From the IMG/VR virus record IMGVR_UViG_2597490183_000004, positions 1-64,000 of that record: a stretch of DNA of 64,000 bases. The stretch is one strand, 5' to 3'. The DNA is from a virus (Duplodnaviria > Caudoviricetes). Under the pieces are notes generated by a model. It did no database searches and was not told where the DNA came from. It saw only the letters and a program-made list of their open reading frames with translations. Position 1 is the stretch's first letter, and each line of letters opens with the position of its first letter. The position numbers and the translations under genes were made by a program. Below are positions 28,318 to 36,956 of the stretch, piece after piece.

Positions 28318-28402
28318 TCAAGGGCTTCGCGGGTTTCGCCCGCTTCGCGCACCCGATCGGGAGGTGGCTAACATCTTCGAAGGGGTCGATTGAGGAGGAG
28401 TT

Positions 28403-29155
28403 TTGGCACCACGCAAGGGAGAGCCCGGAAGGTTCCTGTACAAGGAGCTCGCGGCGGAGTTTCGGGCCCAGATCCAGTCGGGTGCGCTGGCCCCTGGTGA
28501 CGCGCTGCCAAGCGAGGCGGCCCTGATGGAGGAGCGCGGTCTCGCTCGATCCACTGTCCGCCAGGCATACGACCTCCTCAAGGCCGAAGGGCTGGCGACG
28601 GCCAAGCAGGGCAAGGGTGTCTTCGCGCTCAACCCCAAGAAGGTCATCCGAAACGCGCAGAAGCGGCTATCCCGGGAAGTCTGGGAGTCCGGACGGTCGA
28701 TCTGGAGCGTCGACCTAGAAGGTCGTGACCCGTCCGTCGAGGTTGAAGTTGATGCGGAGATTGAAGCCCCGGAGTACATCGCCGGAGTGCTTGATGCTCG
28801 CCGCGTCTGCCGCCGGCGCCGCGTCTTCTCGCTCGATGACAGGACTCTCCAGGTTGCAACCTCTTACTTGGACGCCGGTCTTGCGGCGTCGGCAGGTATC
28901 GGGCAGGTCGACACTGGCCCCGGCGGGATGTACGCGCGCCTTGCGGACATCGGGCGCGCGCCCGCCGCCGCAAAGGAGCGCATCAGGAGTCGCGTGGCAA
29001 TGCCGGACGAGGTGGACGTTCTTGAGCTGGGCGCAGGCTCGTGCGTCATCGTCATCGAGCGCACGGTCACGGATGCGGAGGGTCGAATCTTGGAGGTCAA
29101 CGAGATGACGCTCGACGCTGCCCGCTACATCCTGGAGTACGACTTCTCTCTCTAG
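28403..29155 (+). CDS. GntR/HutC-family (UTRA) repressor, KorSA/TraR-like
   Basis: LPSEAALMEERGLARSTVRQAYDLL wHTH plus UTRA domain; upstream of a transfer operon. Confidence 0.92.
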   Translation: MAPRKGEPGRFLYKELAAEFRAQIQSGALAPGDALPSEAALMEERGLARSTVRQAYDLLKAEGLATAKQGKGVFALNPKKVIRNAQKRLSREVWESGRSIWSVDLEGRDPSVEVEVDAEIEAPEYIAGVLDARRVCRRRRVFSLDDRTLQVATSYLDAGLAASAGIGQVDTGPGGMYARLADIGRAPAAAKERIRSRVAMPDEVDVLELGAGSCVIVIERTVTDAEGRILEVNEMTLDAARYILEYDFSL

Positions 29156-29170
29156 CTTCACGCCCCACCG

Positions 29171-29202
29171 GGCCCCGCAGGCATCGCCTGCGGGGCCTTT
29201 CT
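29171..29202 (+). terminator. intrinsic terminator
   Basis: GGCCCCGCAGGC-ATC-GCCTGCGGGGCC-TTTCT. Confidence 0.8.
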
Positions 29203-29243
29203 GCGTGCCCGAAAACTCTGCGAACTCTGACTGCTGGGCAAGC

Positions 29244-29300
29244 TTGACAACTCCTTCGAAGGAGGTCATGGTTAACCCATCGCCTCCTCCTTCGAAGGAG
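29244..29300 (+). promoter_or_regulatory. transfer-operon promoter TTGACA-17 bp-CATGGT with operators 2 (29251-29264) and 3 (29287-29300)
   Basis: Canonical -35; one palindrome between the -35 and -10 and one downstream. Confidence 0.8.
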
Positions 29301-29326
29301 TCAACCGGCTAGCTATTGGAGATCGA

Positions 29327-29569
29327 ATGACGACCGACACCAGGGGCCACGAGCCCACCCCGGGCGATGAGCTGCTGACTGCCAAGCAGATCGCCGAGAT
29401 CATGAAGGTCCACGTGGCGACCGTCTACCGCCTCGCGGACAGCGGCGAGCTGCGCGCCATGCGGTTCGGCCGGGGAGAGAGCCGGCGGCGAGGCTTCCGG
29501 TGCTGGAAGTCAGTCGTCCTGGACTTCATGCGCGACTCGGAATATCCCGCCGAGGAGGTGGCGGCATGA
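29327..29569 (+). CDS. excisionase-like HTH_17 protein
   Basis: LLTAKQIAEIMKVHVATVYRLADSGELRAMRFG. Confidence 0.85.
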   Translation: MTTDTRGHEPTPGDELLTAKQIAEIMKVHVATVYRLADSGELRAMRFGRGESRRRGFRCWKSVVLDFMRDSEYPAEEVAA

Positions 29570-29733
29570 CTCCGCCGATTACCCCGCCGCCCGCCCCGAT
29601 GTCTGCTGCGGATGAGGCCGCCCACGAGGCCGGCTCGTATGTCCGCCGCCCGGCCCAGGTCTCCCAGGACTCCCCGATCCCGCCCGCGGACCCGGCTGCC
29701 CGCCGGCGCTTCGTACAGCAGCGGGGGTGGTGA
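29566..29733 (+). CDS. small hypothetical protein
   Basis: GGAGG RBS, ATGA overlap. Confidence 0.5.
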   Translation: MTPPITPPPAPMSAADEAAHEAGSYVRRPAQVSQDSPIPPADPAARRRFVQQRGW

Positions 29734-29927
29734 CCATGCTGGCTCCGGCGTTCGCGTTCGACGAGCAGAACCGGGCGGAGGGCTTGGCCGTCCGCGCCCA
29801 GGAGATCACGACGACTCCCGACCACCCGTCGGCCGGCTCCCTCCACCTGTACCAGGAGTCTGCTCGGGCGGCGTTTGAGGCGGCTGCCGCGCACGCGGTT
29901 CAGCCCGATGAGGGTTGGCGGTCGTGA
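29730..29927 (+). CDS. small hypothetical protein
   Basis: GTGA overlaps. Confidence 0.5.
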   Translation: MTMLAPAFAFDEQNRAEGLAVRAQEITTTPDHPSAGSLHLYQESARAAFEAAAAHAVQPDEGWRS

Positions 29928-30114
29928 CCGCCGCCGAGTACGAGGCGCTGCGCCGGAAGGTCGCTGAGGCGAACGAGCGCAGCCGCAACAACAGCGGCAA
30001 GTAGCACCCCCTAGTCCGCCGCTCCTGCCCGGTGTCCGACCCCCGTCCCGGGCGGGAGCGGCTTCCCACCCCCACCTCTTCTTTCACCCCACCACCCAAC
30101 CGAAGGGCACCCCC

Positions 30115-30426
30115 ATGTCTCCGTACCTGATGTCCACGTCCACCCTGGCCGCTCTTTCCGATGGCGACGACGCCGCCACGGACGAGCTCGCCGCCCGCCG
30201 TCGGGCCAATACGACCGTTGCCCAGGCCCAGCTGGCCGCCGTGGTCGCCGATCCGGACCGTCTGAGCGTGAACCTGCTGACCGAGTTCCGGGCCGCCTGG
30301 TCCACCGGCGACCACGACCAGATGTCGGCGGTGATGCTCGCCGCGATCGACCTGGACCGGGCGGCTCCGGGTGCCCCGCGGCTGATGGACGAGATCCGCG
30401 GCCTGTCGACGCCGGCTGCCGCCTGA
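30115..30426 (+). CDS. hypothetical protein (transfer module)
   Basis: GAAGGG RBS, high GC3. Confidence 0.7.
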   Translation: MSPYLMSTSTLAALSDGDDAATDELAARRRANTTVAQAQLAAVVADPDRLSVNLLTEFRAAWSTGDHDQMSAVMLAAIDLDRAAPGAPRLMDEIRGLSTPAAA

Positions 30427-30520
30427 CCCCCGGGCTGCCCTGTCGTCCCCAACCCCGTGTTGGTGGCGGCGGAGTGGCCCGGGAACCACCCGGACCCAAC
30501 ACCCCACCAAGGAGAACCGA

Positions 30521-30700
30521 ATGCCGAAGTTCCGCAGCACCCGCGACTACACCGCCGCCCGCGAGAGCGGTGACACCGAGACGGCCAGCCGGATCGTCAA
30601 CGACCTCACCGCCCGGGTCGCGTCCGGGCAGGCGACCCCGGCCGAGCTCCACGAGGTGTACGACGCCAACCAGAGCACCCCGCTCGCCGACCCGAAGTAG
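30521..30700 (+). CDS. 59-aa hypothetical protein MPKFRSTRDYTAARESGD...
   Basis: AAGGAG RBS; hand-translated. Confidence 0.65.
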   Translation: MPKFRSTRDYTAARESGDTETASRIVNDLTARVASGQATPAELHEVYDANQSTPLADPK

Positions 30701-30789
30701 CCACAACAGCCCCGGCATCCAGCCGTGAGGGCGCGGGAATCTCGCCCGGGGCGCTCCCGCACCATCCCAACCAGTCAGAGGAGAAACCC

Positions 30790-30966
30790 ATGTTCGGACG
30801 GAAGAACAGCCCCAGTGCCGCAGAGGTTGCCACCCGCAGCGCGCAGGTCGTCGGCAGGACCGTCGCCGGTGACAAGGGCGGCAAGGTCGCCAACAAGGTC
30901 ACCGGGGCCCTGGGGTTGGGCCGGATCGAGCAGTGCTCCGACCCGAAGTGCTCCGACTGCAACTGA
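30790..30966 (+). CDS. 58-aa hypothetical protein ending CSDPKCSDCN
   Basis: GAGGAG RBS; hand-translated. Confidence 0.65.
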   Translation: MFGRKNSPSAAEVATRSAQVVGRTVAGDKGGKVANKVTGALGLGRIEQCSDPKCSDCN

Positions 30967-30985
30967 CCGCGTCTAGGAGGTTCCT

Positions 30986-31294
30986 GTGCACCCGTACCTG
31001 ATTACTGCGAAGCCCGGCTGGTTCCGGCGCACGGCTGCCGGGGTGCGGGTGTGGACTCTCCGACTCCTGGCCCTGCTGGTGATGACCGTGCTGGGCGCGG
31101 TGGTCCTCACCGTCCGCTGCGCCCGGCCGGTCGTCAACTACCTGGCCACCCGGCTGATCTTCCTCGAACTGTGGGCCGCCCAGCGTTTGGGCCGGCCCCC
31201 GGTCAGCGGGTTCATCGGGGCGGGGATCACCGACGAGTTCGTCCGAGAGTTCCACCGTGCCCGCCAACACGCCACCGCTGGGAGCCCCACATGA
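30986..31294 (+). CDS. membrane protein (Spd-like candidate)
   Basis: AGGAGG RBS; TM helix. Confidence 0.65.
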   Translation: MHPYLITAKPGWFRRTAAGVRVWTLRLLALLVMTVLGAVVLTVRCARPVVNYLATRLIFLELWAAQRLGRPPVSGFIGAGITDEFVREFHRARQHATAGSPT

Positions 31295-31695
31295 ACCGCT
31301 TGCCCCGCCCGATTGCCGACCTGGTCTGCCTTACCCGGGACCTTGTCCGCCACCCGCGGATGGTGTTGCTGAATCGGGGCCACCACCGGTGGATGAGTGC
31401 CGGTGTCATCGCCGCCGCAGCCGTCACCTCGACCGGCACCCCGGCTGGTCACCACATCCTCGCCGCCGCGTTATTCGTCGCCGGACCGTTCTGGGCGCTC
31501 GACATGATCGGCGCCCTCGCCCACGGGCTGTGGCAGTCGGGGCGGATCTGGTCGGACCTGGAGTGCCAGTGCTGCGGCGACGACCCCGACGACGAAGACG
31601 ACAACCCCGACCCGGACCAGCCGGAAGGCGACGGCGGCTTCACCGCCGACGACGAAGCCTGGCTCAAGGGCCACTCCATCACCTGCAACGCCTGA
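31291..31695 (+). CDS. membrane protein with acidic tail and an in-frame TTA codon
   Basis: ATGA overlap; TTA at 31471-31473. Confidence 0.65.
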   Translation: MNRLPRPIADLVCLTRDLVRHPRMVLLNRGHHRWMSAGVIAAAAVTSTGTPAGHHILAAALFVAGPFWALDMIGALAHGLWQSGRIWSDLECQCCGDDPDDEDDNPDPDQPEGDGGFTADDEAWLKGHSITCNA

Positions 31696-31715
31696 CCCGA
31701 AAGGAACGAACCCCC

Positions 31716-33014
31716 GTGATGACCAGCCCGCCCCAGGTGAACGGCCACCCGCGCCCCACCTCCGAGCCCCGGTTCGATCCGGTCGCGCTCGCCGAGGCGG
31801 ACGCCATCCGCGCCAAGGCGGAGGCCGACGCCGAGGCCGCCCGGATCAAGGCCAAGGGTGAAGCCGATGCCGCCCGCACCCTCGCCGCCGAGGAGGCCGA
31901 GAAGCTGCGCCTCGCCAACGAGCGGGCCAGGCTGGCGCAGGAACGCAAGCAGGTCGACCACGACGCCTACGTCGCAAAGAAGGCGGCCGAGACCGCCAAA
32001 GCCAACACGGAGAAGGAGAAGGCCGAGAAGGCCGACGCTGACCGTGAAGCCGCCGAGGCCAAGCGGGAGGCGGAGCAGGAGCGGTCCGAGCTCTGGTGGA
32101 AGTGGGGCGCCCGCGCCATCTACGCCACCGGAATGATCATCGCCGGGCCGGTGCAGTTCATGCACTTCTGGGACCCCAAGCGCCCCTTCCTCGTCGCAGC
32201 CCCCGCCCTCCTGGAAGGCTTCGCTCTCGTTCTCGCGTTCGGTGCCGCGTGGGCGGTCGCCAACCGGCGGGACGTCGCCCCCTACCGCATCGGGATCATG
32301 GCCGGTGCAGTCATTGCCGCAGTCGTCAACCTTCACGGCGGGATCTCCGACGATCGCATCGGACTCAACGCCGGCCTCATCGGCGCCATCGCCTCCCTCG
32401 GCGGCCCGCTCGTCCTCATGGCCTACGAACACGGCAAGGCCCAGAAGGCCGACGGGATCCCCTCCTGGAGGGAGCGCCGGGCTGTCGCGCGCGCCCAGTC
32501 CGAGGCTGCCGCAGCCCGCAAGAGGGAGCAGCTGGAGCGCCAGGCCGCGGAGCATGCCGCAGAGGCCGACCGGAAGTTCGCCGAGTCTCGGGCCAGGGAG
32601 GAGCAGGAGCGGCGCGACGCCGACCGGAAGAGCGGCCACCCGAAGGTGTGGGAGGTCGCCGAAGCGATTAGGTCCGCCCGCGGTTCGCAGTACGTCACGG
32701 AGCAGATCTGGACCGAGGCGTGGGGGCGTGTCACCGGCTCGAAGACCGTCGGGATCACCCCAGAAATCGAGGCGCAGTCACGGGGTGCTGAGGCCCGTAT
32801 GCAGGCCGCTACGAAGACCCCGTTTTTTGGTGAGTTTTCGCTGATCAATTCCCATCGACCCCCCAAGCCGAAGAGGGACCCGAACGCCCCCGACGGGCGC
32901 CGCGGAAACGGGGGCGTGCCGCCTCGTCGCCGGGCCGGTGACACGCCGCCTCCCAGCCCCCTCGCGCGCAACCAGGCACGCATCGAACGGACCTCCACCG
33001 AGGAGCAGAAGTGA
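31716..33014 (+). CDS. SpdB/DUF2637-like multi-TM coiled-coil spread protein
   Basis: Coiled coil, four TM helices, coiled coil; directly coupled to traB. Confidence 0.7.
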   Translation: MMTSPPQVNGHPRPTSEPRFDPVALAEADAIRAKAEADAEAARIKAKGEADAARTLAAEEAEKLRLANERARLAQERKQVDHDAYVAKKAAETAKANTEKEKAEKADADREAAEAKREAEQERSELWWKWGARAIYATGMIIAGPVQFMHFWDPKRPFLVAAPALLEGFALVLAFGAAWAVANRRDVAPYRIGIMAGAVIAAVVNLHGGISDDRIGLNAGLIGAIASLGGPLVLMAYEHGKAQKADGIPSWRERRAVARAQSEAAAARKREQLERQAAEHAAEADRKFAESRAREEQERRDADRKSGHPKVWEVAEAIRSARGSQYVTEQIWTEAWGRVTGSKTVGITPEIEAQSRGAEARMQAATKTPFFGEFSLINSHRPPKPKRDPNAPDGRRGNGGVPPRRRAGDTPPPSPLARNQARIERTSTEEQK

Positions 33015-35107
33015 GCACCGAAGCTGAGCCGCTGACCGTCCCCGCTGAGTGGGCCGAGCACGTTATCCCCGGGCAGCTCATCCACAACGCGGACGGCACC
33101 GTCGACGACATTGCCCCCGGTGTCCTGGTCCCGTTCCCGGACCGCACCCCGGTCCTCTCTCGTGCCGGGTCGGCGGCCATGGTTGTCGCCTCCGTCACCG
33201 GGCGAGCTGTTGGCCTCACCGCCTACGGATCGTTGGTCGCCGGCGGATGGTTTTGGGCCGGGCTCAAAGCCGGGACGTACCTCGGGTACCGGTACGTGCG
33301 CGCCAAGGACCTTCAGGATGTCCTCGGCGGGATGAACAAGTCCGCCGACTGGAACAAGGTCGGCCAGGTCCGCCGATCCCGCTGGCGGTTTCTCGGCTAC
33401 GCCACTGGTGTCACCGCCGCCCTCAACGTCGCCGGATGGATCGCCCTCGTCGCCGGCGCCGGAATGACCGCCCTCGACTACTCGTGGATGATCCCCCCGG
33501 CCATCACCGCGGCCATAGCCGCCACCGCCACCGCCCTCTACGGGCGGTACCGGCTCAACGCCCCCGGCCTTGAAGCCGGGCAGGTCATCGCCGAGCAGGA
33601 CGCGGTCGGATCCGACGAGCCGTTCCCTCTGTCGTACTGCGTCGGCGGCGAGCAGGTCATTGACTGCCTGTCCCGAGCCCTCGCGGCTCACGGGATCGGC
33701 ACCAGGGCGATCACCATCGTTGGTGCGAGGAACTGGGGTTGGGAGCTCGACGTCACTCTGCAGGGCTCCACCCCGGGCAAGGTCATGGCCGTGGCCGACG
33801 ACCTCGAATCCGACCTGGGCCTTCCCGACGGCGGTTTCATGATGGAGCCCGACACCACAGACAAGTCCCGCATCACCACCCGCCTCGTCCAGTCCAACCC
33901 GTTCGCCGACATGCCCGCCCCGGCCGTTCACGCCCCGCGGTCCCTGTCGGTTCACGACGTGGTCGTCATGGGGCGCACCATGGACGGGTCACCGTTCGAG
34001 CTCACCCTCGACGGGTTCTGCGCCCTGATCATTGGCGCGATGGGCGCAGGCAAGACCCTCGGGGCGCTGCGGGCGATCAACGAGGCGCTCACCGCCTGCC
34101 GGGACGCAACCGTGTGGGACCTCGACCCGATCAAGGGCGGGCTGTCCGAGTTCGGCGACCTCATGTCCCGCCGGGCCCGGACCCCGGAGGAGTGCGAGGA
34201 GGCACTTGAGGAGGCGCTCTCCTACGTGTCCGCCCGCCGTCACCTCATGGACAGCCTGAAGATGGGCGACCGGTGGCACGCCACCGAGACGCACCCGAAC
34301 CTGTACATCAACGTTGACGAGTTCATCCAGCTCAGCCCTCGCGGCAAGGATCTGCTGGTCAAGATCCTGCGGACCGGTCGCCAGTACGGCATCTACCTGA
34401 TCATGGCCGGGCAGGAAGCAACCGCCGACGCCCTCGGTGACGCCGTTGCCATGCTGATTGCGTACCGGCTCCTCATGGCGTGCCGTTTCGAGGACATCAA
34501 GATCGCCTTCGGGCCTGGGGCGGGCAAGGAAGGCTGGCGCCCTGACCGCATGAAGCCCGCAGTTGGCCCCGTCGCCAACGACGCAGGCCAGGCCATGATT
34601 ATGGGCGGCACGTTCAACCGGGCCATCCGCTACCAGTTCGCCAAGTACACCCGCGACCAGATCGCAGCAGCCGTGCCCGCGCGCGTCGCCGCCGGCGTCA
34701 CCGCCATGGACTCCGAAACCCTCCTCAAGGCCGGAGTCGCCCTCGCCGGCAGCAGCCAGCGGATGAACCTTGCCGACCGGCTCGAAGCCTTCGCCCAGCA
34801 GGGTGGCGTGGATGATGCCTACCTCGTGGCAGCGCTGCTGCGGGCGTTCGACGAGACGGGCCGCGGCTTCCTCCCGACGAACGAGGTGCTGCTCCCCGCC
34901 ATCACTGGCGCGGGCATCAAGGACATCGACGCGACCAGCCTGTCGACGAAGCTCCGCAAGCATGCCCCCGGCGTCAAGTCCGACCGCACGGACTGCCCCG
35001 AGGGGGCCTACCTCCGAGGGTGGCGCCGAGACGACGTTGAGAAGGCCGCGGCCGGCCTTCTGGACCCGGTGGAGACCCGGCAGAACCTCGGCAAGAGGGC
35101 GGCGTAG
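33011..35107 (+). CDS. traB: TraB-type FtsK/SpoIIIE conjugative DNA translocase
   Basis: N-terminal TMs, GAMGAGKT Walker A, INVDE Walker B, GRQYGIYLIMAGQ, C-terminal wHTH-like domain. Confidence 0.85.
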   Translation: MSTEAEPLTVPAEWAEHVIPGQLIHNADGTVDDIAPGVLVPFPDRTPVLSRAGSAAMVVASVTGRAVGLTAYGSLVAGGWFWAGLKAGTYLGYRYVRAKDLQDVLGGMNKSADWNKVGQVRRSRWRFLGYATGVTAALNVAGWIALVAGAGMTALDYSWMIPPAITAAIAATATALYGRYRLNAPGLEAGQVIAEQDAVGSDEPFPLSYCVGGEQVIDCLSRALAAHGIGTRAITIVGARNWGWELDVTLQGSTPGKVMAVADDLESDLGLPDGGFMMEPDTTDKSRITTRLVQSNPFADMPAPAVHAPRSLSVHDVVVMGRTMDGSPFELTLDGFCALIIGAMGAGKTLGALRAINEALTACRDATVWDLDPIKGGLSEFGDLMSRRARTPEECEEALEEALSYVSARRHLMDSLKMGDRWHATETHPNLYINVDEFIQLSPRGKDLLVKILRTGRQYGIYLIMAGQEATADALGDAVAMLIAYRLLMACRFEDIKIAFGPGAGKEGWRPDRMKPAVGPVANDAGQAMIMGGTFNRAIRYQFAKYTRDQIAAAVPARVAAGVTAMDSETLLKAGVALAGSSQRMNLADRLEAFAQQGGVDDAYLVAALLRAFDETGRGFLPTNEVLLPAITGAGIKDIDATSLSTKLRKHAPGVKSDRTDCPEGAYLRGWRRDDVEKAAAGLLDPVETRQNLGKRAA

Positions 35108-35203
35108 ACCCGGCAGACACCCGGCGACACCCGTTGGCATCACCGCAGGTCGCCGGGTGTCTGCCGGGCTCGCGCCGGGGTCCCGCCGGGCATCTGCCGC
35201 CCC
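35063..35203. repeat. clt-like array: 8-bp (G/C)ACCCGGC units at 11-bp phase, direct then inverted, with a 20-bp perfect inverted repeat
   Basis: Direct units at 35063, 35074, 35085, 35107, 35118, 35128; inverted at 35152, 35163, 35174, 35185; IR 35109-35128/35149-35168. Confidence 0.75.
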
Positions 35204-35246
35204 ATTGATCCACATATGTGAAGTCTGACGAGAGGATCCGCCGATC

Positions 35247-36032
35247 ATGCCCGCGAAGACCACCACCGCCACCCGGAAGCCAGCCGCCCGCCGCCGGAAG
35301 CCCGTCCCGCGCGCCCGCATCGGCAAAGGCCTCAAGGTACCGAAAACGGTGCCGCTTCACGCCCAGCTCGGCATGCGCATGGCCCTGATCGCCGCCTCCC
35401 AGATGGACGCCCACAAGACCACCGTCATGACCCGCAAAGACGCCGCGATCCTCCGCATGACCCACGAAGGGTGCCCCACCTGCCACGGCAACGGGCAACT
35501 CTTCACCAAGGACAAGAAGACCGGGGCCTTCAGCGGATCCAAGCCCTGCCCCGCCAAACCCACCAAGGCGAAGGCCAGCCGGGTCAAGGTCGCCCTCGCA
35601 GCCCGGTTCAGCCCCGACAAACGCACCGGGCTCGTCGGCTGGACCTGCCCCTGCGGCAAGAAGGAGAAGCCGAAGTTCCGGGACGCCAAGGAAGCCACGA
35701 AGGCACTCCGCGACCACGAGAAGAAGAAGCACGGCGGGAAGTCCGTCGGCGGCGCCTGGTACGGGCAAGGCGTCGACCAGCCGGCCACCGAACCCAAACC
35801 CGTCACGGCGGGGGAGCCGGTCACCAAGACCGACACCAGCACGTCCATGACCGACACCGAGTGGGAAGCGCAGAACACCCCACTCTCCCCGGCAGCCGCC
35901 GAGAAGAAGGGCCTCTGCTACTGCTGCGGCGGCCAGGGCGCCCTCTATTCCGCATTCGGCGGCGAGCGCATTACCACCGTCTGCCCCATCTGCCGCGGCA
36001 CGGGCAAACCCGCCGCCGCCTCGACCAGCTAG
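35247..36032 (+). CDS. basic zinc-finger protein with DnaJ-like CxxCxGxG motifs
   Basis: CPTCHGNG, WTCPCG, CYCCGGQG, CPICRGTG. Confidence 0.75.
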   Translation: MPAKTTTATRKPAARRRKPVPRARIGKGLKVPKTVPLHAQLGMRMALIAASQMDAHKTTVMTRKDAAILRMTHEGCPTCHGNGQLFTKDKKTGAFSGSKPCPAKPTKAKASRVKVALAARFSPDKRTGLVGWTCPCGKKEKPKFRDAKEATKALRDHEKKKHGGKSVGGAWYGQGVDQPATEPKPVTAGEPVTKTDTSTSMTDTEWEAQNTPLSPAAAEKKGLCYCCGGQGALYSAFGGERITTVCPICRGTGKPAAASTS

Positions 36033-36041
36033 GAGCCCTTC

Positions 36042-36518
36042 ATGCAGCTGCCCGAGCAGCCCGTCGCCGGGCAGCCCGACCCCACCATCCGCCGCAACGC
36101 TGACCAGCTCATGGCGGCCATCGACGAGATCCAGGCCGAGAAGGTCACCTCGTACCGCGACACCGCCCCGCTCCCCGCGGTCGGCCCCACCCCGCCCGTA
36201 CCCCAACCCGGCCCGCCCCCGATGTCGCAGTGGGCGGTCAACGCCAGCGGAGTCATCAAGGCCGTGTCCGTCGCCTCGCTGCCGGTCGGTGGCGCCCTGT
36301 GGATCGTCGGCCAGGTCGATCCGTGGGCCCTCGGCATCATTCTCGGCTCGCCGGCCGTCGCCGCACTCGCCGTCGCCCGGCTCGTCGCGAAGGTCAAAGA
36401 CGCCAACCAGGCGACCCAGCCCGTCGTGCAGAACTACTACGGCAACGTCCACCACGACGAGCGCACCGTCACCAGCACCACCCGCGGCGTCATCGCCAAC
36501 ACCCGCAACCACCACTGA
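36042..36518 (+). CDS. two-TM membrane protein (SpdD-like candidate)
   Basis: Pro-rich region, two TMs, VVQNYYGNVHHD. Confidence 0.7.
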   Translation: MQLPEQPVAGQPDPTIRRNADQLMAAIDEIQAEKVTSYRDTAPLPAVGPTPPVPQPGPPPMSQWAVNASGVIKAVSVASLPVGGALWIVGQVDPWALGIILGSPAVAALAVARLVAKVKDANQATQPVVQNYYGNVHHDERTVTSTTRGVIANTRNHH

Positions 36519-36528
36519 AGGAGACCCC

Positions 36529-36882
36529 ATGGGCAAGTACACCGGCCGAATGCCCGTCGACATGCTCAACGACAAGCAGATCCGCCCCACCGAGTACCGC
36601 AAGTGGCGGCACGCCCAGGACCGGTTCGCCCGCCGCAACAAGGACCGGCAGATCATCGACAACCTGCTCGACACCATCCCCAAGCGCGGGCTCCAGGTGC
36701 CTATCCAGCTCGGCATCAGCGAGCGCCACCCGACCGACGTGTACGTCGCCGACGGACACCACCGGGCCGTCGCGTTGATGGAGCTCGGCGCCGACAACTT
36801 CCCGTTCCACTGGTACTGGATCGGCAACCGGGGTGTCCGATGGGAGACCGAACCGTTCCCGTACCACGTCCTCGGGCTGTAA
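36529..36882 (+). CDS. stand-alone ParB/Srx N-terminal domain protein
   Basis: IPKRGLQVPIQL...VADGHHRAVAL. Confidence 0.75.
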   Translation: MGKYTGRMPVDMLNDKQIRPTEYRKWRHAQDRFARRNKDRQIIDNLLDTIPKRGLQVPIQLGISERHPTDVYVADGHHRAVALMELGADNFPFHWYWIGNRGVRWETEPFPYHVLGL

Positions 36883-36956
36883 CCGGTCAACCAGCATCCC
36901 CGGGGGCTGTTGCCAACACCCGGCACGACAACCGCACCTGAGGAGAGAATGACTCC

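Noticed and set aside
30709-30752. Possible tRNA
   Set aside because: Too short, with no TTCGA T-loop or anticodon arm; no tRNA was recognised anywhere in the window
28403-36518. Independent complete AICE inserted in the prophage
   Set aside because: No own integrase, replication initiator or flanking att repeats detected; a degenerate remnant cannot be fully excluded
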